Notes: generated by a model not told the origin, from the letters alone. 64,000 bases of DNA from an uncultured Candidatus Rokubacteria bacterium (GCA_963789955.1 CAWBMV010000006.1:96001-160000); one strand, 5' to 3'; shown: positions 19,718 to 30,859, counted from the stretch's first letter. Numbers and translations are program-made.

Positions 19718-20605
19718 CTATTCCGTCCCGAGCCCGGCCATCCGCTCGAGCGTCGTGATGAGGACGGCCAGGTCTTCGCCGCCGCGTCCGGCGGCCACGG
19801 TGGCCGTGCAGAGCTGCTGCGCGAGGCTCGTGAGCGGGAGCGCCACACCCAGGCGCTGACCTTCCTCGAGCATGAGCCGGAAGTCCTTCAGGAACAGCTC
19901 CACTTTCATCTGAGGCTCGAAGCGGTGGTCGACCATCAGCGGGCCGCGCACGTCGACCATTTTCGACGCGCCGGCGCTGTCCTTCAGGATGTCCAGGAGC
20001 GCCTGAGGCGCGAGCCCGCCCTTCACGCCGAGCACCAGCGCCTCGGCCAGTGCGGCCGTGTTGAGGGCGACCAGGAGGTTCGTCGCGAGCTTGGCGAGCG
20101 ACGCGCTGCCGACCGGCCCCACGTGGGTGGTTCGCTTGCCGATCGCCGCAAGAACCGGCCGGCAGAGCTCGACGAGCGCCGCGTCACCCCCGGCGAAGAT
20201 CGTGCAATCGCCGCGCTCCACCATGGCGCTCGTTCCGCTCATCGGGGTATCGAGGAATCCGAGCCCAGCCGAGGCGGCCGCCTCGGCGAGCCGGCGCGTC
20301 AGGGTCGGGGAGATGGTGCTCATCTGGATCACCGTGCCCGGCCGCGCCAGGCTCGCGAGGATGCCCCCCGGACCGACGACCGCCGCCTCGACCGTCTCCA
20401 GGGAGGGCAGGATCGTGAAGACGGCGTCCGCGCCCGTCACCGCCTCCTTCACGCTGGACGCGGCCTCGAGCCCGCGCGGCCGGAGCGCCTTCAGCTGGTC
20501 GGGCCGGCTGTCGTAGCCGGTCACCGCGAAGCCGCCGGTCAACAGGCGCGACGCCACCGCCGACCCCAGGAGCCCGACACCGATGATCGCGATGCGCTGA
20601 ATCAC
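19718..20605 (-). CDS. 3-hydroxyisobutyrate dehydrogenase family NAD(P)-dependent oxidoreductase
   Basis: IGVGLLG, FLDTPMSG, AKLATN, FLKD. Confidence 0.92.
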   Translation of the reverse strand: MIQRIAIIGVGLLGSAVASRLLTGGFAVTGYDSRPDQLKALRPRGLEAASSVKEAVTGADAVFTILPSLETVEAAVVGPGGILASLARPGTVIQMSTISPTLTRRLAEAAASAGLGFLDTPMSGTSAMVERGDCTIFAGGDAALVELCRPVLAAIGKRTTHVGPVGSASLAKLATNLLVALNTAALAEALVLGVKGGLAPQALLDILKDSAGASKMVDVRGPLMVDHRFEPQMKVELFLKDFRLMLEEGQRLGVALPLTSLAQQLCTATVAAGRGGEDLAVLITTLERMAGLGTE

Positions 20606-20612
20606 GTCGTCC

Positions 20613-21305
20613 TCACAGTCCGAGATACCGCGACTTGATCTCTTCGTTTTGCCACAGCGCGTCCGGCGAGCTCGAATACACGACGCGCCCGCGGGACAGC
20701 ACGTGAACGTGGTCGGCGACTCGGAGCGCCATCGGGAGATTCTGCTCGACCAGCAAGATCGATAGCCCCTCGGCCTTCAGACTTTCGATGACCCGTCCGA
20801 CTTCGCGCACCAGGAGCGGCGCCAGCCCCTCGGTCGGCTCGTCCATCAGCAAGAGCTCCGGGTTCGTCATCAGCGCGCGGGCGATGGCCAGCATCTGCTG
20901 CTCGCCCCCCGACAGCTTGCCCGCGCGATGGGCGCCCCGCTCGCGCAGGCGCGGGAAGAGCTCCAGCACGCGCGGGATCGTCCACGGTCCGTCGCCGCCC
21001 CTGACGGCGACCTCGAGGTTCTCCATGACCGTGAGCGACGGAAAGACGCGACGCCCCTGCGGCACCAGGCCCAGGCCGAGGCTCACCGCACGATTCGAGG
21101 GCCACGCGGTGATATTTCGGTCCTTGAACACGACGCTTCCGCGCCGAGGCACCGTGAAGCCGATGATCGAGCGGATCAGGGTGGTCTTTCCCATGCCGTT
21201 GCGCCCGAGGATTCCCACCACCTGGCCGCGGGACATGCTCAGGGAGACGCCCTGCAGCACGTGGCTGTCGCCGTAGTAGGTGTGGATGTCGCGGACCTCG
21301 AGCAT
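20613..21305 (-). CDS. Branched-chain amino acid-type ABC ATPase (LivF-like)
   Basis: GRNGMGKT, LSGGEQQM, MDEP. Confidence 0.9.
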   Translation of the reverse strand: MLEVRDIHTYYGDSHVLQGVSLSMSRGQVVGILGRNGMGKTTLIRSIIGFTVPRRGSVVFKDRNITAWPSNRAVSLGLGLVPQGRRVFPSLTVMENLEVAVRGGDGPWTIPRVLELFPRLRERGAHRAGKLSGGEQQMLAIARALMTNPELLLMDEPTEGLAPLLVREVGRVIESLKAEGLSILLVEQNLPMALRVADHVHVLSRGRVVYSSSPDALWQNEEIKSRYLGL

Positions 21306-22061
21306 CAGGCACGCTCCCAGATAGATTTCCTGCACGAGCGCGTTCGCCTTGACCTCGTGGGCCAGACCGTCGGCGACGACCTTGCCGTAGTGCAGCACGG
21401 TGATGCGATCGGTGAGCGCGAACGCGACGTCCATGTCGTGCTCGATCACCAGCACGGTGATGGCCGGGTCGAGCGTCTTCAAAAGCGCCGTCATCGCGTG
21501 AGACTCCGCCGGCGAGAGCCCGGCGGTCGGCTCGTCGAGCAAGAGGAGCCTGGGGGAGCCGGCCAGGGCCAGCGCGATCTCGAGCTGGCGCTGCTCGCCG
21601 TGCGAGAGGTTGCGCACGACCTCGCCTTCCTGGTCGGCGAGGCCGACCGCGTGGAGCACCTCGCGCGCGCGGGCGAAGAAGGCCGGATAGCTGCCGAGAC
21701 CGCGATGCAGATGGAACTTGGCTCGGGTCAGCGCCTGCACGGCGAGCAGACAGTTCTCGAGCGCGGTGAGGCGGGGGAAGAGGTTCGTGATCTGGTACGT
21801 GCGAGCCAGGCCGAGCGCGGCGCGCCGGTGCGGCGCATGACGCGTGACGTCGTGCCCGAAGAGCGCGATGCGGCCGTCCGTCGGCCGCGTCTCGCCGCTG
21901 ATCAGGCTGAACAGCGTCGTCTTGCCCGCTCCGTTGGGCCCGATGATCGCCCGGCGCTCGCCCGGTCCGACCGTCAGGCTGACGCCGTCGACCGCGCGAA
22001 GCCCCCCGAACTCTTTCGAGAGGCCGCTGAGGCTCAGCGCGGCGACGGCTCCGTCGATCAC
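21305..22061 (-). CDS. Branched-chain amino acid-type ABC ATPase (LivG-like); reads in frame into LivF as given
   Basis: GPNGAGKT, LSHGEQ, LLDEP, IEHDM, EIYLG. Confidence 0.88.
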
Positions 22062-22062
22062 G

Positions 22063-23304
22063 TCAGCAATACTTGCAGGGCGGGAAGTTGCGGTCGTACA
22101 CGGGCTGCTTCAGGAATTCCTCGGGCTTGTACTTCCAGAACTGCGAGACGGCCGGGTACGTGTAGACGACGGTGTTCCAGAGCTCACCGTCCTTCTTCTC
22201 GACCTTGCGGATGTAGATGTTCTGGATCGGGTTGCCGTAGGCGTCGAGCTTCAGCGGCCCGCGCGGCGCGTCGGGGATCTCGACCTTCTTCAGCGCCTCC
22301 AGGAACTTCTCCCGGTTCTCCACGTCGCCGTTGATGGCCCTGGCCGCCTCGTTGATCCACCGCGTGCTCGTGTAGCTGGTCTCCGAGTAGTACGACGGCA
22401 TCTTGGTGTACTTCTTCCGATAGTCCGTGACGAACTTCTTGTTGGCCGGCGTATCGAGCGCGGCGCTGTAGATGAGGGCACTCATGCCGCCGATGGCCTC
22501 GTCGCCGAGCGAGGGCAGCACGAACTCGTCGAACGTCGTCCCGCCACCGATCAGGGGGAGCTTCGCCTTGAGCCCGGCGTCCTGATATTGCTTGGGGAAG
22601 CGCGAGGCCGAGATCGACACCATCAGCGCGAAGACGGCGTCGGCGTCGCGCCGGATCTGGGACAGGTACGGCGCGAAGTCGGCGGTGTTGAGCGGGGCCC
22701 AGAGCTTCTGGACGATCTGGCCGCCGTTTTCCTCGAAGGTCTTCTGGAAGCCGCCGACCTGCTCCCAGCCGAAGGCATAGTCGATGGCCACGGTCACGAT
22801 GCGCTTGTAGCCCAGGGTCTTCGCCGCGTACTCGCCGAAGGGATGGTTCGGCTGGCTCGAGGTCCAGCCCGTGCGCACCACCCACTTCGCCGGCTTGCGC
22901 TGGGTGAGATCGTCGGCGGCGATGACGGGATAGAGCATGGGGATGCGGTACTCGTCGACCTTGGGCGCCATCGCGTAGCCGATGTGGGCAAAGACCTCGC
23001 CGACGAGGACTTGAACCTTGTCGCTCTCGACGAGCTTCTGCAGCTTGGTCAGCGCGACGTTCGGCTGGCCCTGGCTGTCCTCGACGATCACCTCCACCTT
23101 GCGCCCGGCGATCATGTGGCCGTTCTCGTCGAGCCACATCGAGATGCCGCTGCTCATGTCCTTGCCGATCTGCGCGGCCCCTCCCGTCATGGGAGCGATC
23201 ACGCCGATCTTGATCGGCCCCTTCTGAGCCCATGCCGGTCCGGGGTTCGCCATCGCGAGCACGGCCACCACCATCAGGAGTGAGACGACTAGCTTCTTGC
23301 CCAA
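22063..23304 (-). CDS. Liv-type ABC substrate-binding protein
   Basis: SD AAAGGAG then TTG, signal peptide ending AWA, IKIGVIAP, DYAFG. Confidence 0.9.
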   Translation of the reverse strand: MGKKLVVSLLMVVAVLAMANPGPAWAQKGPIKIGVIAPMTGGAAQIGKDMSSGISMWLDENGHMIAGRKVEVIVEDSQGQPNVALTKLQKLVESDKVQVLVGEVFAHIGYAMAPKVDEYRIPMLYPVIAADDLTQRKPAKWVVRTGWTSSQPNHPFGEYAAKTLGYKRIVTVAIDYAFGWEQVGGFQKTFEENGGQIVQKLWAPLNTADFAPYLSQIRRDADAVFALMVSISASRFPKQYQDAGLKAKLPLIGGGTTFDEFVLPSLGDEAIGGMSALIYSAALDTPANKKFVTDYRKKYTKMPSYYSETSYTSTRWINEAARAINGDVENREKFLEALKKVEIPDAPRGPLKLDAYGNPIQNIYIRKVEKKDGELWNTVVYTYPAVSQFWKYKPEEFLKQPVYDRNFPPCKYC

Positions 23305-24257
23305 GGCCCGTTCTCCTTTCGTCCACTGTCTGAGCGCTCCCACCACCCCTTCGGGCGCATACACGATCGTGCCGATGTAGACGCCGCCCAGGATCAGGAG
23401 CCACCGATGTGTGTAGACCGAGACAAGGTTCTTCAAGCCCACGATGAGCATGGCGCCGAGCGCCGGCCCGATCAGGGTGCCGCGACCGCCCAGCGCGACC
23501 ATCAAGAGAATCTCGACCGAGGTGGCGAGCTCGAGGTCCGACGGGCTCACGAAGCCGTTGTTGTACGCCCACAGCACGCCGGCGAAACCGCCGACGCCGC
23601 CCGCGATCACGAACCCGATGTACTTGTGCAGCCACACGTGGTAGCCGAGCGTGCGCATGCGCGACTCGCTCTCGCGGATGCCCGACCAGGGTCTGGCCGA
23701 ACGGTGAGCGCACGATGGTCCGCAGCAGGACCAGGACGAGCAGGAAGCCCACGAGGGCGAGGTAGTAGAACGGCATGCCGTGCGTGAAGGACCACGGCAG
23801 GCCCAGGTCCGGGCGCGGGACGCCGGCGATACCGTTGTCGCCCGAAGTCATCGTCACCCATCGGTGCGCCAGCCCCCACACCACCATGCCGAGCGCCAGG
23901 GTGATCATCAGGAAGTAGACGCCGGTGGCGCGCAGCGCGAGCAGACCGAAGATCGCGGCCACCGCCGTCGCCAGGAGCACCCCGACGACCAGGGTGACCC
24001 AGAACGAGGCCCCGTGCCGCGTCGCCAGGATGCCGACGCTGTAGGCGCCGAGCCCGAGATAGGCCGCGTGACCGAGGGACGCCAGCCCGATATAGCCCAG
24101 GATGATGTCCAGGCTCATCGCCAGCACGGAGTAGATCACCGCCTGGGTGAGCAGTGCCAGCAGGAACGACGAGAGCGAAGGGCGGCGCGGCCAGCAGCGC
24201 CAGCAGGGCCACGCCCAGCGCGATCCGCGACGCTCCGGGCGGGAGCGCGATGCGCAT
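23289..24257 (-). CDS. LivM-like permease (frameshifts near 24180, 23685 and probably 23320)
   Basis: GYIGLASLGHAA, YFLMITLA, RSPFG, LGGRGTLIGP. Confidence 0.85.
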
Positions 24258-25113
24258 CAGGCGCGACCGAAGAGGCCGGTCGGCCGCACGGCCAGGATCG
24301 CCGCCATCGGCGCGAAGAGCGTGAAGTACGACAGCTCGGGGAAGAGCGCCTTACCGAAATTGTCGAGGAGTCCGACCATCAGGCTGCCGATCAGGGCGCC
24401 CTTCAGGCTCCCCATGCCGCCCACGATCACGACCACGAACGCGTAGGGGAGGATCTCGAAATCGGCGCCCGGGTAGACGCCGACGAAGCCTCCCGCGACC
24501 ACGCCCGCCAGCGCGGCCAGGGTCGCGCCCGAGCGCGAAGACCACCATCGAGATCAGATAGACGTTGATGCCGACGCCGCGGGCCATCTCGGGGTCGTCC
24601 ACGGTGGCCCGGATCATCGCGCCGATCCGCGTCCACTCGAGGGTGAGCCAGAGGACCAGCGCGATGGCGACCGCGACCGCCGACGATGAAGACGCGGTAC
24701 ACAGGGAAGTACATCTCGCCGACGACGAACGAGCCAGAGAGCATGGCCGGCACCGGGATCGTGTGAGGATCGCCGCCCCAGAGGACCAGCGCCAGGTCCT
24801 GGAAGATGAGCGCGAACCCCATCGTGGTCAGCACCTGGCCGAGCTCCTGGCCGCTCAGGCGCTTGAGGAACGCGTTCCACTCCGCGATGCCGACGAGCGA
24901 GATCGTCAGCGCCCCCAGCACGATCGCGAGCGCGAAGCTGCCGGTGCGCCAGATCACCGTCAGGCCGACGTAGCCGCCGAGCAGGTAGTACGAGCCGTGA
25001 GTCATGTTGACGATGCGCATCATGCCGAAGATGAGCGAGAGACCGCCGGCCAGCAGGAAGAGCAGGGCGCCGTAGGAGATGCCGTTGAAGAGCTGGCTGA
25101 TCCAGAACTCCAA
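24257..25113 (-). CDS. LivH-like permease (frameshifts near 24680 and 24530)
   Basis: NGISYG, GLSLIFG...VNMTHG, IRATVDD, VGGMGSLKG. Confidence 0.87.
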
Positions 25114-25211
25114 AGGTCAGGCGATCCCGAGGGCGCGCGTCACGGCTCGTGATTGTACTATAGGCGCACTCGGCGTTCGCACCGCGCGCGCCTCTAACTC
25201 AGGAGGTTCCT

Positions 25212-26081
25212 GTGAGACTACCCCACGAGCGCTTCGACTATTCGCCGATCGCGGGCCGGCGCCCCTGGAAGCTGCCGCGCGGAGCGCGCATCGCCGTGTG
25301 GACCATCGTCAACATCGAAGAGTGGGACATCGAGAAGCCGATGCCGCGCGGCGTGCTCTCGGCTCCGCAGGGCGTGACGACCGTGCCCGACGTGCCGAAC
25401 TGGGCGTGGCACGACTACGGGATGCGCGTCGGCTTCTGGCGGATGCTGGAGGCGCTCGCGAAGCGGAAGATCCGCGCGACGACGGCGATCAACGCCAACG
25501 TGTGCCGATCGTACGAGCCCGTGGCGCGCGCGATGAAAGACGCCGGCTGGGAGTTCATGGGGCACGGGGTGAAGCAGGGCGCGATGCACCTGATCCCGGA
25601 TCAGCGCGACGCGATCCGGACGGCCATCCGGCTGATCTCGGACTTCACCGGCAAGAAGCCCAAGGGATGGCTCGGGCCGGGGCTGACCGAGACGTGGGAG
25701 ACGCTCGACATCCTCGCCGAGGAGGGCATCGAGTACGTCTCGGACTGGGTCAACGACGACCAGCCCTACGAGATCAAGACGACGGCGCGGCCGCTCGTGT
25801 CGGTGCCGTACACGCTCGAGCTCAACGACATTCCGATGATGCTCATCCAGCATCACGAATCGGGCGCCTGGCTCGAGCGGGTCCGCGACCAGTTCGATCG
25901 CCTCTACCTCGAGGGCGCCAAGCAGCCGCGGGTGATGGCGATCGCCGTGCACCCCTACATCCACGGCGTGCCGCACCGGATCAAGTACTTCGAGGCGATC
26001 TACGACTACATCCGGCGCAAGAAGGGCGTCTGGATGACGACCGGCGAGGAGATCTACGAGTGGTTCAAGCGCGGACGATGA
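25212..26081 (+). CDS. Polysaccharide deacetylase family protein (PuuE-like)
   Basis: DYGMRVGFWR, EFMGHG, GWLGPG, DDQPY, VHPY; SD AGGAGG. Confidence 0.9.
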   Translation: MRLPHERFDYSPIAGRRPWKLPRGARIAVWTIVNIEEWDIEKPMPRGVLSAPQGVTTVPDVPNWAWHDYGMRVGFWRMLEALAKRKIRATTAINANVCRSYEPVARAMKDAGWEFMGHGVKQGAMHLIPDQRDAIRTAIRLISDFTGKKPKGWLGPGLTETWETLDILAEEGIEYVSDWVNDDQPYEIKTTARPLVSVPYTLELNDIPMMLIQHHESGAWLERVRDQFDRLYLEGAKQPRVMAIAVHPYIHGVPHRIKYFEAIYDYIRRKKGVWMTTGEEIYEWFKRGR

Positions 26082-28005
26082 AGTCCCAGAGCCGCCCCGC
26101 GCGCTCGACCACGGCGTCGACGTCCTCGGCCAGCATGTGCCGCTCCGCCACCAGCCGCAGGGCGGCTTCGCGTGCTCGCGCGAGGTACGCCGCCCGCGAG
26201 GCGTAGCGCTCCTCGATCGAAGGCCGCGGGTCGCCGCTCACCTCGCGCGCGGCCCGCGTGACCGCGAACGGAAGCGTCGAGCCCATCATGCTCATGAGAT
26301 CGCCCGGCACGCCCTGCTCGGGATGCCGAGGATTCCAGCCGGTGAAGGTCGCGAGCGGCGCCCCGAGCTCGACGGCGCGGATACCCGGAATGTCGTTGCC
26401 GTCGTCGTCGACCGACGGAACGAACGTCACGAAGGGCGCGCCGATCTTCGGCGGCAGCTCGTGAAGAATGCCCCGGGCCACTTCCGGGCCGAAGTCGAGC
26501 CGTCGCGGCCGCTCGACGCGATCGGGGAACCGAGCTCCCGGGATTCGCTCGAACTGCTTCCGCGTCGCCTCGGCCTGAACCCCCGTGCCGTCGGCGAGGC
26601 GCGGCACCTTGCTCGGCGGTGGCTCGACTCCGTCGGAGACCCAGCGATCGAGGTTCGTGAGCGCGGCCCGCATGAGCGGCGAGTAGTCGACGACGTTGAA
26701 CGTGTGCCGGCCGCGCGAACCCGTGTTGGGGTCGGCGTCGGGCGGCGGCACGGTACCGGGCGTGTGCTGACAGCCGGCGAACAGATAGACGCGCGTCTCG
26801 CCGTGGGGCGCCACGTCACGGGTGCCCTCGACGTCGGCGTGCACGAGCGAGGCGTCGCCGCGCCAGTACTCGGCCGCGGTGTTGACCGCGACGATCTTCG
26901 GCAGGGTTCCACGCGCTTCGAGCCGCGCGAGCTGCGCGCCGCGCTGGCCGGTGACCGGATCGACGGCGGCCGTGTCGGTGAACGGGAACTGGCTTCCGAC
27001 CGACGCGGTGGCGTTCAGCGACGGCTGACCGAACCGCTGATTGAACTCACCACGGCGACCGCCCGCGATGTGCACGAAGACACCGTCGAACACCTTCCGG
27101 CCCGCCTCGTCCTCGTTCAGACCGAGGTAGAGCAGGTGGCGGAGGAAGCGTCCGGTCTGCGAGACGCCGATGACGTACGCGCGCTCGAGCTCGCCCGCGC
27201 ACGGATTGCCGGCGCTGGCGGGGCCCGATCGCAGCCACGCGGCGGCGTCGCGCACCGCGAGGAGCCCCAGGCCCACGAGGGGCGGGTTCTCGGCGCGATA
27301 GACGAGCTCGTAGAGCTTGCCCGGCTCGAACCCGCCGTCGAGCGCAATATGCGTCGGGTCGGCGAACCGCCACGCTCCTCGCGCGATCGCGACCGCGGGC
27401 GCGCCGGCGTAGTCCCGGACCGTGAGCCGCGCCGCCGGATCGGTGAGGTCGGCGGTCGGCTGGGCGAGGTGATAGCGATCGGCCATGGGCAAGCTGGCGA
27501 CGCGTGAGTTCGGCCGCCATTCGCAGAGCACCGGGCCGCTGATCGGCCCGTGTTCACCGCGCGCCACCGGCACCGTGAGCGCCTGCAGGCCGTCCTGTCG
27601 CGGCACGTCGTGCTGCCAGCCGCACCACGCGACCGTGTAGCCGTGCCGCATCAAGAAGCCGTTGCCGAAATCGTCCGCGGTGGTCGGGTCGGGGACGCGG
27701 ACCGCGCTGTTGAACATCCCGAGCGCGACCTTGCGCCCGCGATTGGGGACGTCGAGGAGCAGGCGGCGGTTGCCGCGCGCCGGATCGACGGGCCGCAAGA
27801 GATAGACGTCGGCCGACGACTCGACGAGCCCGGCGTCGTTGCGCGGCGCCAGCGCCAGGTCCGTGATGACCTGGTTCGCCGGGTGCGTCGGATCGACGCC
27901 GAAGCGGAGAACGCCGGCGATTTTCTCGTAGGCACCCGCCGGGCCGAACGCGTGACCGTCCAGGACGAGCGATTGATGCGTGATCTCGAGCGACGTCACG
28001 GCCAT
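26065..28005 (-). CDS. Alpha/beta hydrolase domain protein (646 aa)
   Basis: DVPNRG, WCGWQ, GVSQTGRFLR nucleophile elbow, EYW, DPRPSIEERY. Confidence 0.85.
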   Translation of the reverse strand: MAVTSLEITHQSLVLDGHAFGPAGAYEKIAGVLRFGVDPTHPANQVITDLALAPRNDAGLVESSADVYLLRPVDPARGNRRLLLDVPNRGRKVALGMFNSAVRVPDPTTADDFGNGFLMRHGYTVAWCGWQHDVPRQDGLQALTVPVARGEHGPISGPVLCEWRPNSRVASLPMADRYHLAQPTADLTDPAARLTVRDYAGAPAVAIARGAWRFADPTHIALDGGFEPGKLYELVYRAENPPLVGLGLLAVRDAAAWLRSGPASAGNPCAGELERAYVIGVSQTGRFLRHLLYLGLNEDEAGRKVFDGVFVHIAGGRRGEFNQRFGQPSLNATASVGSQFPFTDTAAVDPVTGQRGAQLARLEARGTLPKIVAVNTAAEYWRGDASLVHADVEGTRDVAPHGETRVYLFAGCQHTPGTVPPPDADPNTGSRGRHTFNVVDYSPLMRAALTNLDRWVSDGVEPPPSKVPRLADGTGVQAEATRKQFERIPGARFPDRVERPRRLDFGPEVARGILHELPPKIGAPFVTFVPSVDDDGNDIPGIRAVELGAPLATFTGWNPRHPEQGVPGDLMSMMGSTLPFAVTRAAREVSGDPRPSIEERYASRAAYLARAREAALRLVAERHMLAEDVDAVVERAGRLWDFIVRA

Positions 28006-28030
28006 CGGATCGATTCCTCCGTCGGGCGCT

Positions 28031-29030
28031 TCAGCGCCGCGCTTTGACCGGGGCGACGACGGTGTCGGTGGGCTTCCCGGCGAGATAGTTCTCGACGTTC
28101 TCGATCGCGCGGAGGAGCCCGTCTCGGATGACCTCGGGCGTCTGCCCGCCGTTGTGCGGCGAGAGCACCACGCTCGGGAGGGCCAGAAACGGGTCGCCCG
28201 GCTTCAACGGCTCGTCGTGGAAGACGTCGAGCCCGGCTCCAGCGATCTTGTTCTGTGTGAGCGCGTCCAGCAGCGCTTCTCGCTCGACCAGCGCACCGCG
28301 GCCGGTGTTGATCAGAATCGCCGTCGGCTTCATCATCGCGAACTCGCGCCGGCCGAGAAACCCGCGCGTGTCCGGGCCGAGCCGCAGGTGGAGCGAGATG
28401 ACGTCCGCCCGGCGGCAGATGTCTTCCTTCGACGCCGCGCGGGCGCCGAGCGCCGCCACCGCCGCCGCGTCGCCGCGCGCGCTGTAGGCCAGGACGTCCA
28501 TCCCCAGCGCGTTGCCCGAGCGCGATCACGCGGGCGCCGATCTTGCCGGTCCCGCAGACGCCCAGCGTCTTGCCGAGGAGCTGGGTCAGAAGGTCGCGCG
28601 GCCAGGCGCCGCCGCGCACCTCGCGGTCGATGCGCGGGATCCGCCTGGCGCTGGCGAGCATCAACGCCAGGGCGTGCTCGGCGACCGCGAAGGCATTGAT
28701 ACCGGGCGTGTTGCAGACCGTGATGCCGTGACGGCCGGCCGCGTCGAGGTCGATGTTGTCCGTCCCGGTGCCCCAGATCGAGATCATCTCGAGCTTGCGG
28801 CACGCCGCCATGACGGAGTCGGTGAAGCGCGCGTGAGCCCGGATATTGATCGCGATGCGCGCGTGGTCGATGCGCTTGATGAGCTCGGCCTCTTCGTCGG
28901 CGCCGCGCGCGGTGAAGACCCGGGTCTCGCCGAGCTTGCGGCAGCGCTCGTGCGCCGGCGTCCCGTCGAAGACCGACGGGAAGTCGTCGGGGACGCAGAT
29001 CGTGACGGCCGACTTGGCGTCGGGGCTCAT
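28031..29030 (-). CDS. D-2-hydroxyacid/phosphoglycerate dehydrogenase family (frameshift near 28515)
   Basis: GTGTDNID, VAEHA, GTGKIG, INTGRG, LDVF, SPHNG. Confidence 0.9.
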
Positions 29031-30246
29031 CACACCGCGTCGGCGAAGGCGGTCTGGGCGGCCGCGACGCCGGCGCCGGGCTCGCACTTGTGCCCCAGGT
29101 CGCGCAGGGTCAGCTCCAGCGCCGACAGGGTCGGCAGCACGTAGTGCGGGCTCGCGGTCATGGCCATGGTGCCGATCCGCAACGTGGTCGTCCGCATCTT
29201 GTCCAGACCCGTGCCGATGAGGATCCCGTACTGGTCGCGCATCCGGGCCACGACCGCGGCGGGCTCCACGTTCTTCGGCGTCTTCACGCACGACACCGTG
29301 TTGGAGAAGATGGACGCGTCCGGGAACATCTCGAGGCCCATCGCGTGGACGCCGCGCCGGACCGCGGCGCCGGCGACGGCGTGCCGCTGGAAGCGGTGCG
29401 GCGAGCCCTTCCTCCAGGATCAAGCGCGTCGCGACGCGCATCGCGCTGGTGAGATGCGTCGGGATCGAAACCGGCTGGCGCCGCGGCGATCCGTCGGGGA
29501 CCTTGCCCCCGCGCGAGACGGGCACCCACTGGTCCTTCCAGCGAAGCAGGTCGTAGACCAGGCTCGACGCGGCGCGCTTGCGGCGCTCCATGGTCGCGAA
29601 CGCCCGTGGGCTCACCGAGACGACCGCCATCCCGAGCGGCGCCGCCAGACATTTCTGCGAGCCGGTCATGTTGAGGTCGACGCCCCACTCGTCGGTCCGG
29701 ACGTCGATGCCGGCGATCGAGGACACCGTGTCGAGCAGGTAGAGCGCATCGACGGACCGCGCGATCCGGCCCACCTCGGCCGCCGGGTAGGTCGTGCCGG
29801 TCGAGGTTTCGTTGTGGACCAGGGTGATCGCCTTGGGACGGAGCCGCTCGGCCTCGCGGGCCAGACGGTCCAGATCGAGGCGCGCGCCCAGCTCGACCGG
29901 GAACTCGGTCCAGTCGGCGCCGACTCGATTCATGATCTCGCGCATGAGGACGCCGAACTGGCCCGCGCCGATGACGAGCACACGGTCGCCCGGCTCGATC
30001 ACCGACAGGGCGCCCGCCTCGAGCGCGGTGCGGCCGGAGCCGGGAAGGAGGAAGACCTCGCTCTGGGTCTGGAACACCTGGCGCAGCGCCAGGGTCGTCG
30101 GCTCGAGGACCTCTTCGTCGAAGCTCCGGTCGTACTGGATCGCCGACAGGCTGATTCATGGCCTGGATCACCGGGAACGGCAGCTCCGTCGGACCGGGGA
30201 TCATGAGAACCGGACGCGTGTGGCACTGGGCCCAATTGATCGTCAC
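29030..30246 (-). CDS. Class V PLP aminotransferase (alanine-glyoxylate/serine-pyruvate type); frameshifts near 30150 and 29405
   Basis: LMIPGPT, VHNETSTG, DTVSS, GSQKCLAAP, RIGTM. Confidence 0.9.
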
Positions 30247-30309
30247 TCCGTTGCTCCTTTGTAGCGGGGACCGTGAGATCGGCTCTCATCGAGGGTGGCC
30301 TAACAAAGA

Positions 30310-30531
30310 CGCGAGCCGGCTCCGTACGCCCGACCTAGACGCTGTTCGTGAAGTCGGCTCTGCTTTCTGGTTTTCGGCCCGCGCCCGACCGGTTCGCTTG
30401 CCGCGAGTCGGCTCCGCACGCCCGATCTAGACGCTATTCGTGAGTCGGCTCTGCTTTCTGGTTTTCGGCCCGCGCCCGACCGGTTCGCTTGCCGCGAGCC
30501 GGTTCCGCATGCCCGATCTCGGCGCTATTCG
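30310..30531. repeat. Intergenic tandem repeat, about 2.4 copies of a 91-92 bp unit
   Basis: Units start at 30310, 30402 and 30493 (CGCGAGYCGGYTCCG...); the core GTCGGCTCTGCTTTCTGGTTTTCGGCCCGCGCCCGACCGGTTCGCTTGCCGCGAG is identical in two copies. Confidence 0.92.
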
Positions 30532-30582
30532 CTGCGCGGTGCCGCCTCGATCTGCCCTTGTCGCGCGCATTTTAGCATGTGG

Positions 30583-30859
30583 TCAGGAGGTGGCGTGCTC
30601 GGGGTCGCGGAGGACGAAGTAGAGATTGCGCGCGTAGACGAAGAGACCCGCGCCTTGACCCAGGATGAAGACGGGATCGCGGCGCCAGAGCGCGTAGAAC
30701 AGAGAGGGTCAATCCGCCGCCGATCGAGAAATACCAGAAGGCGCGGGGCACCACGCTCTTGCCGAGACGCTCGGACGCGATCCACTGGATGAGGAAGCGC
30801 GCGGAGAAGAACGCCTGTCCGAGAAATCCGACGGCGAGCCAGATCTGATCCGTGGTCAT
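30583..30859 (-). CDS. LAB_N (lipid-A-disaccharide synthase N-terminal domain) protein; frameshift near 30703
   Basis: GFLGQAFFSARFLIQWIASE...VPRAFWYFS, then RRDPVFILGQ...YARNL in the shifted frame. Confidence 0.87.

Noticed and set aside
20613..22061. LivG-LivF fusion protein (482 aa)
   Set aside because: Removing one base at TGCCTGATG gives the usual TGATG stop/start overlap; probably an indel artefact
22063..23658. Permease-SBP fusion
   Set aside because: The SBP has its own SD, TTG start and signal peptide, and a TAG lies nearby in another frame; the sequence is indel-rich
25110..25143. In-frame TGA upstream of livH (VTRALGIA*PLEF) as a third Sec site
   Set aside because: Not at a Cys-equivalent position, no convincing SECIS, and LivH homology begins after it
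30310..30531. CRISPR array
   Set aside because: Contiguous ~92-bp units, no unique spacers, no cas genes
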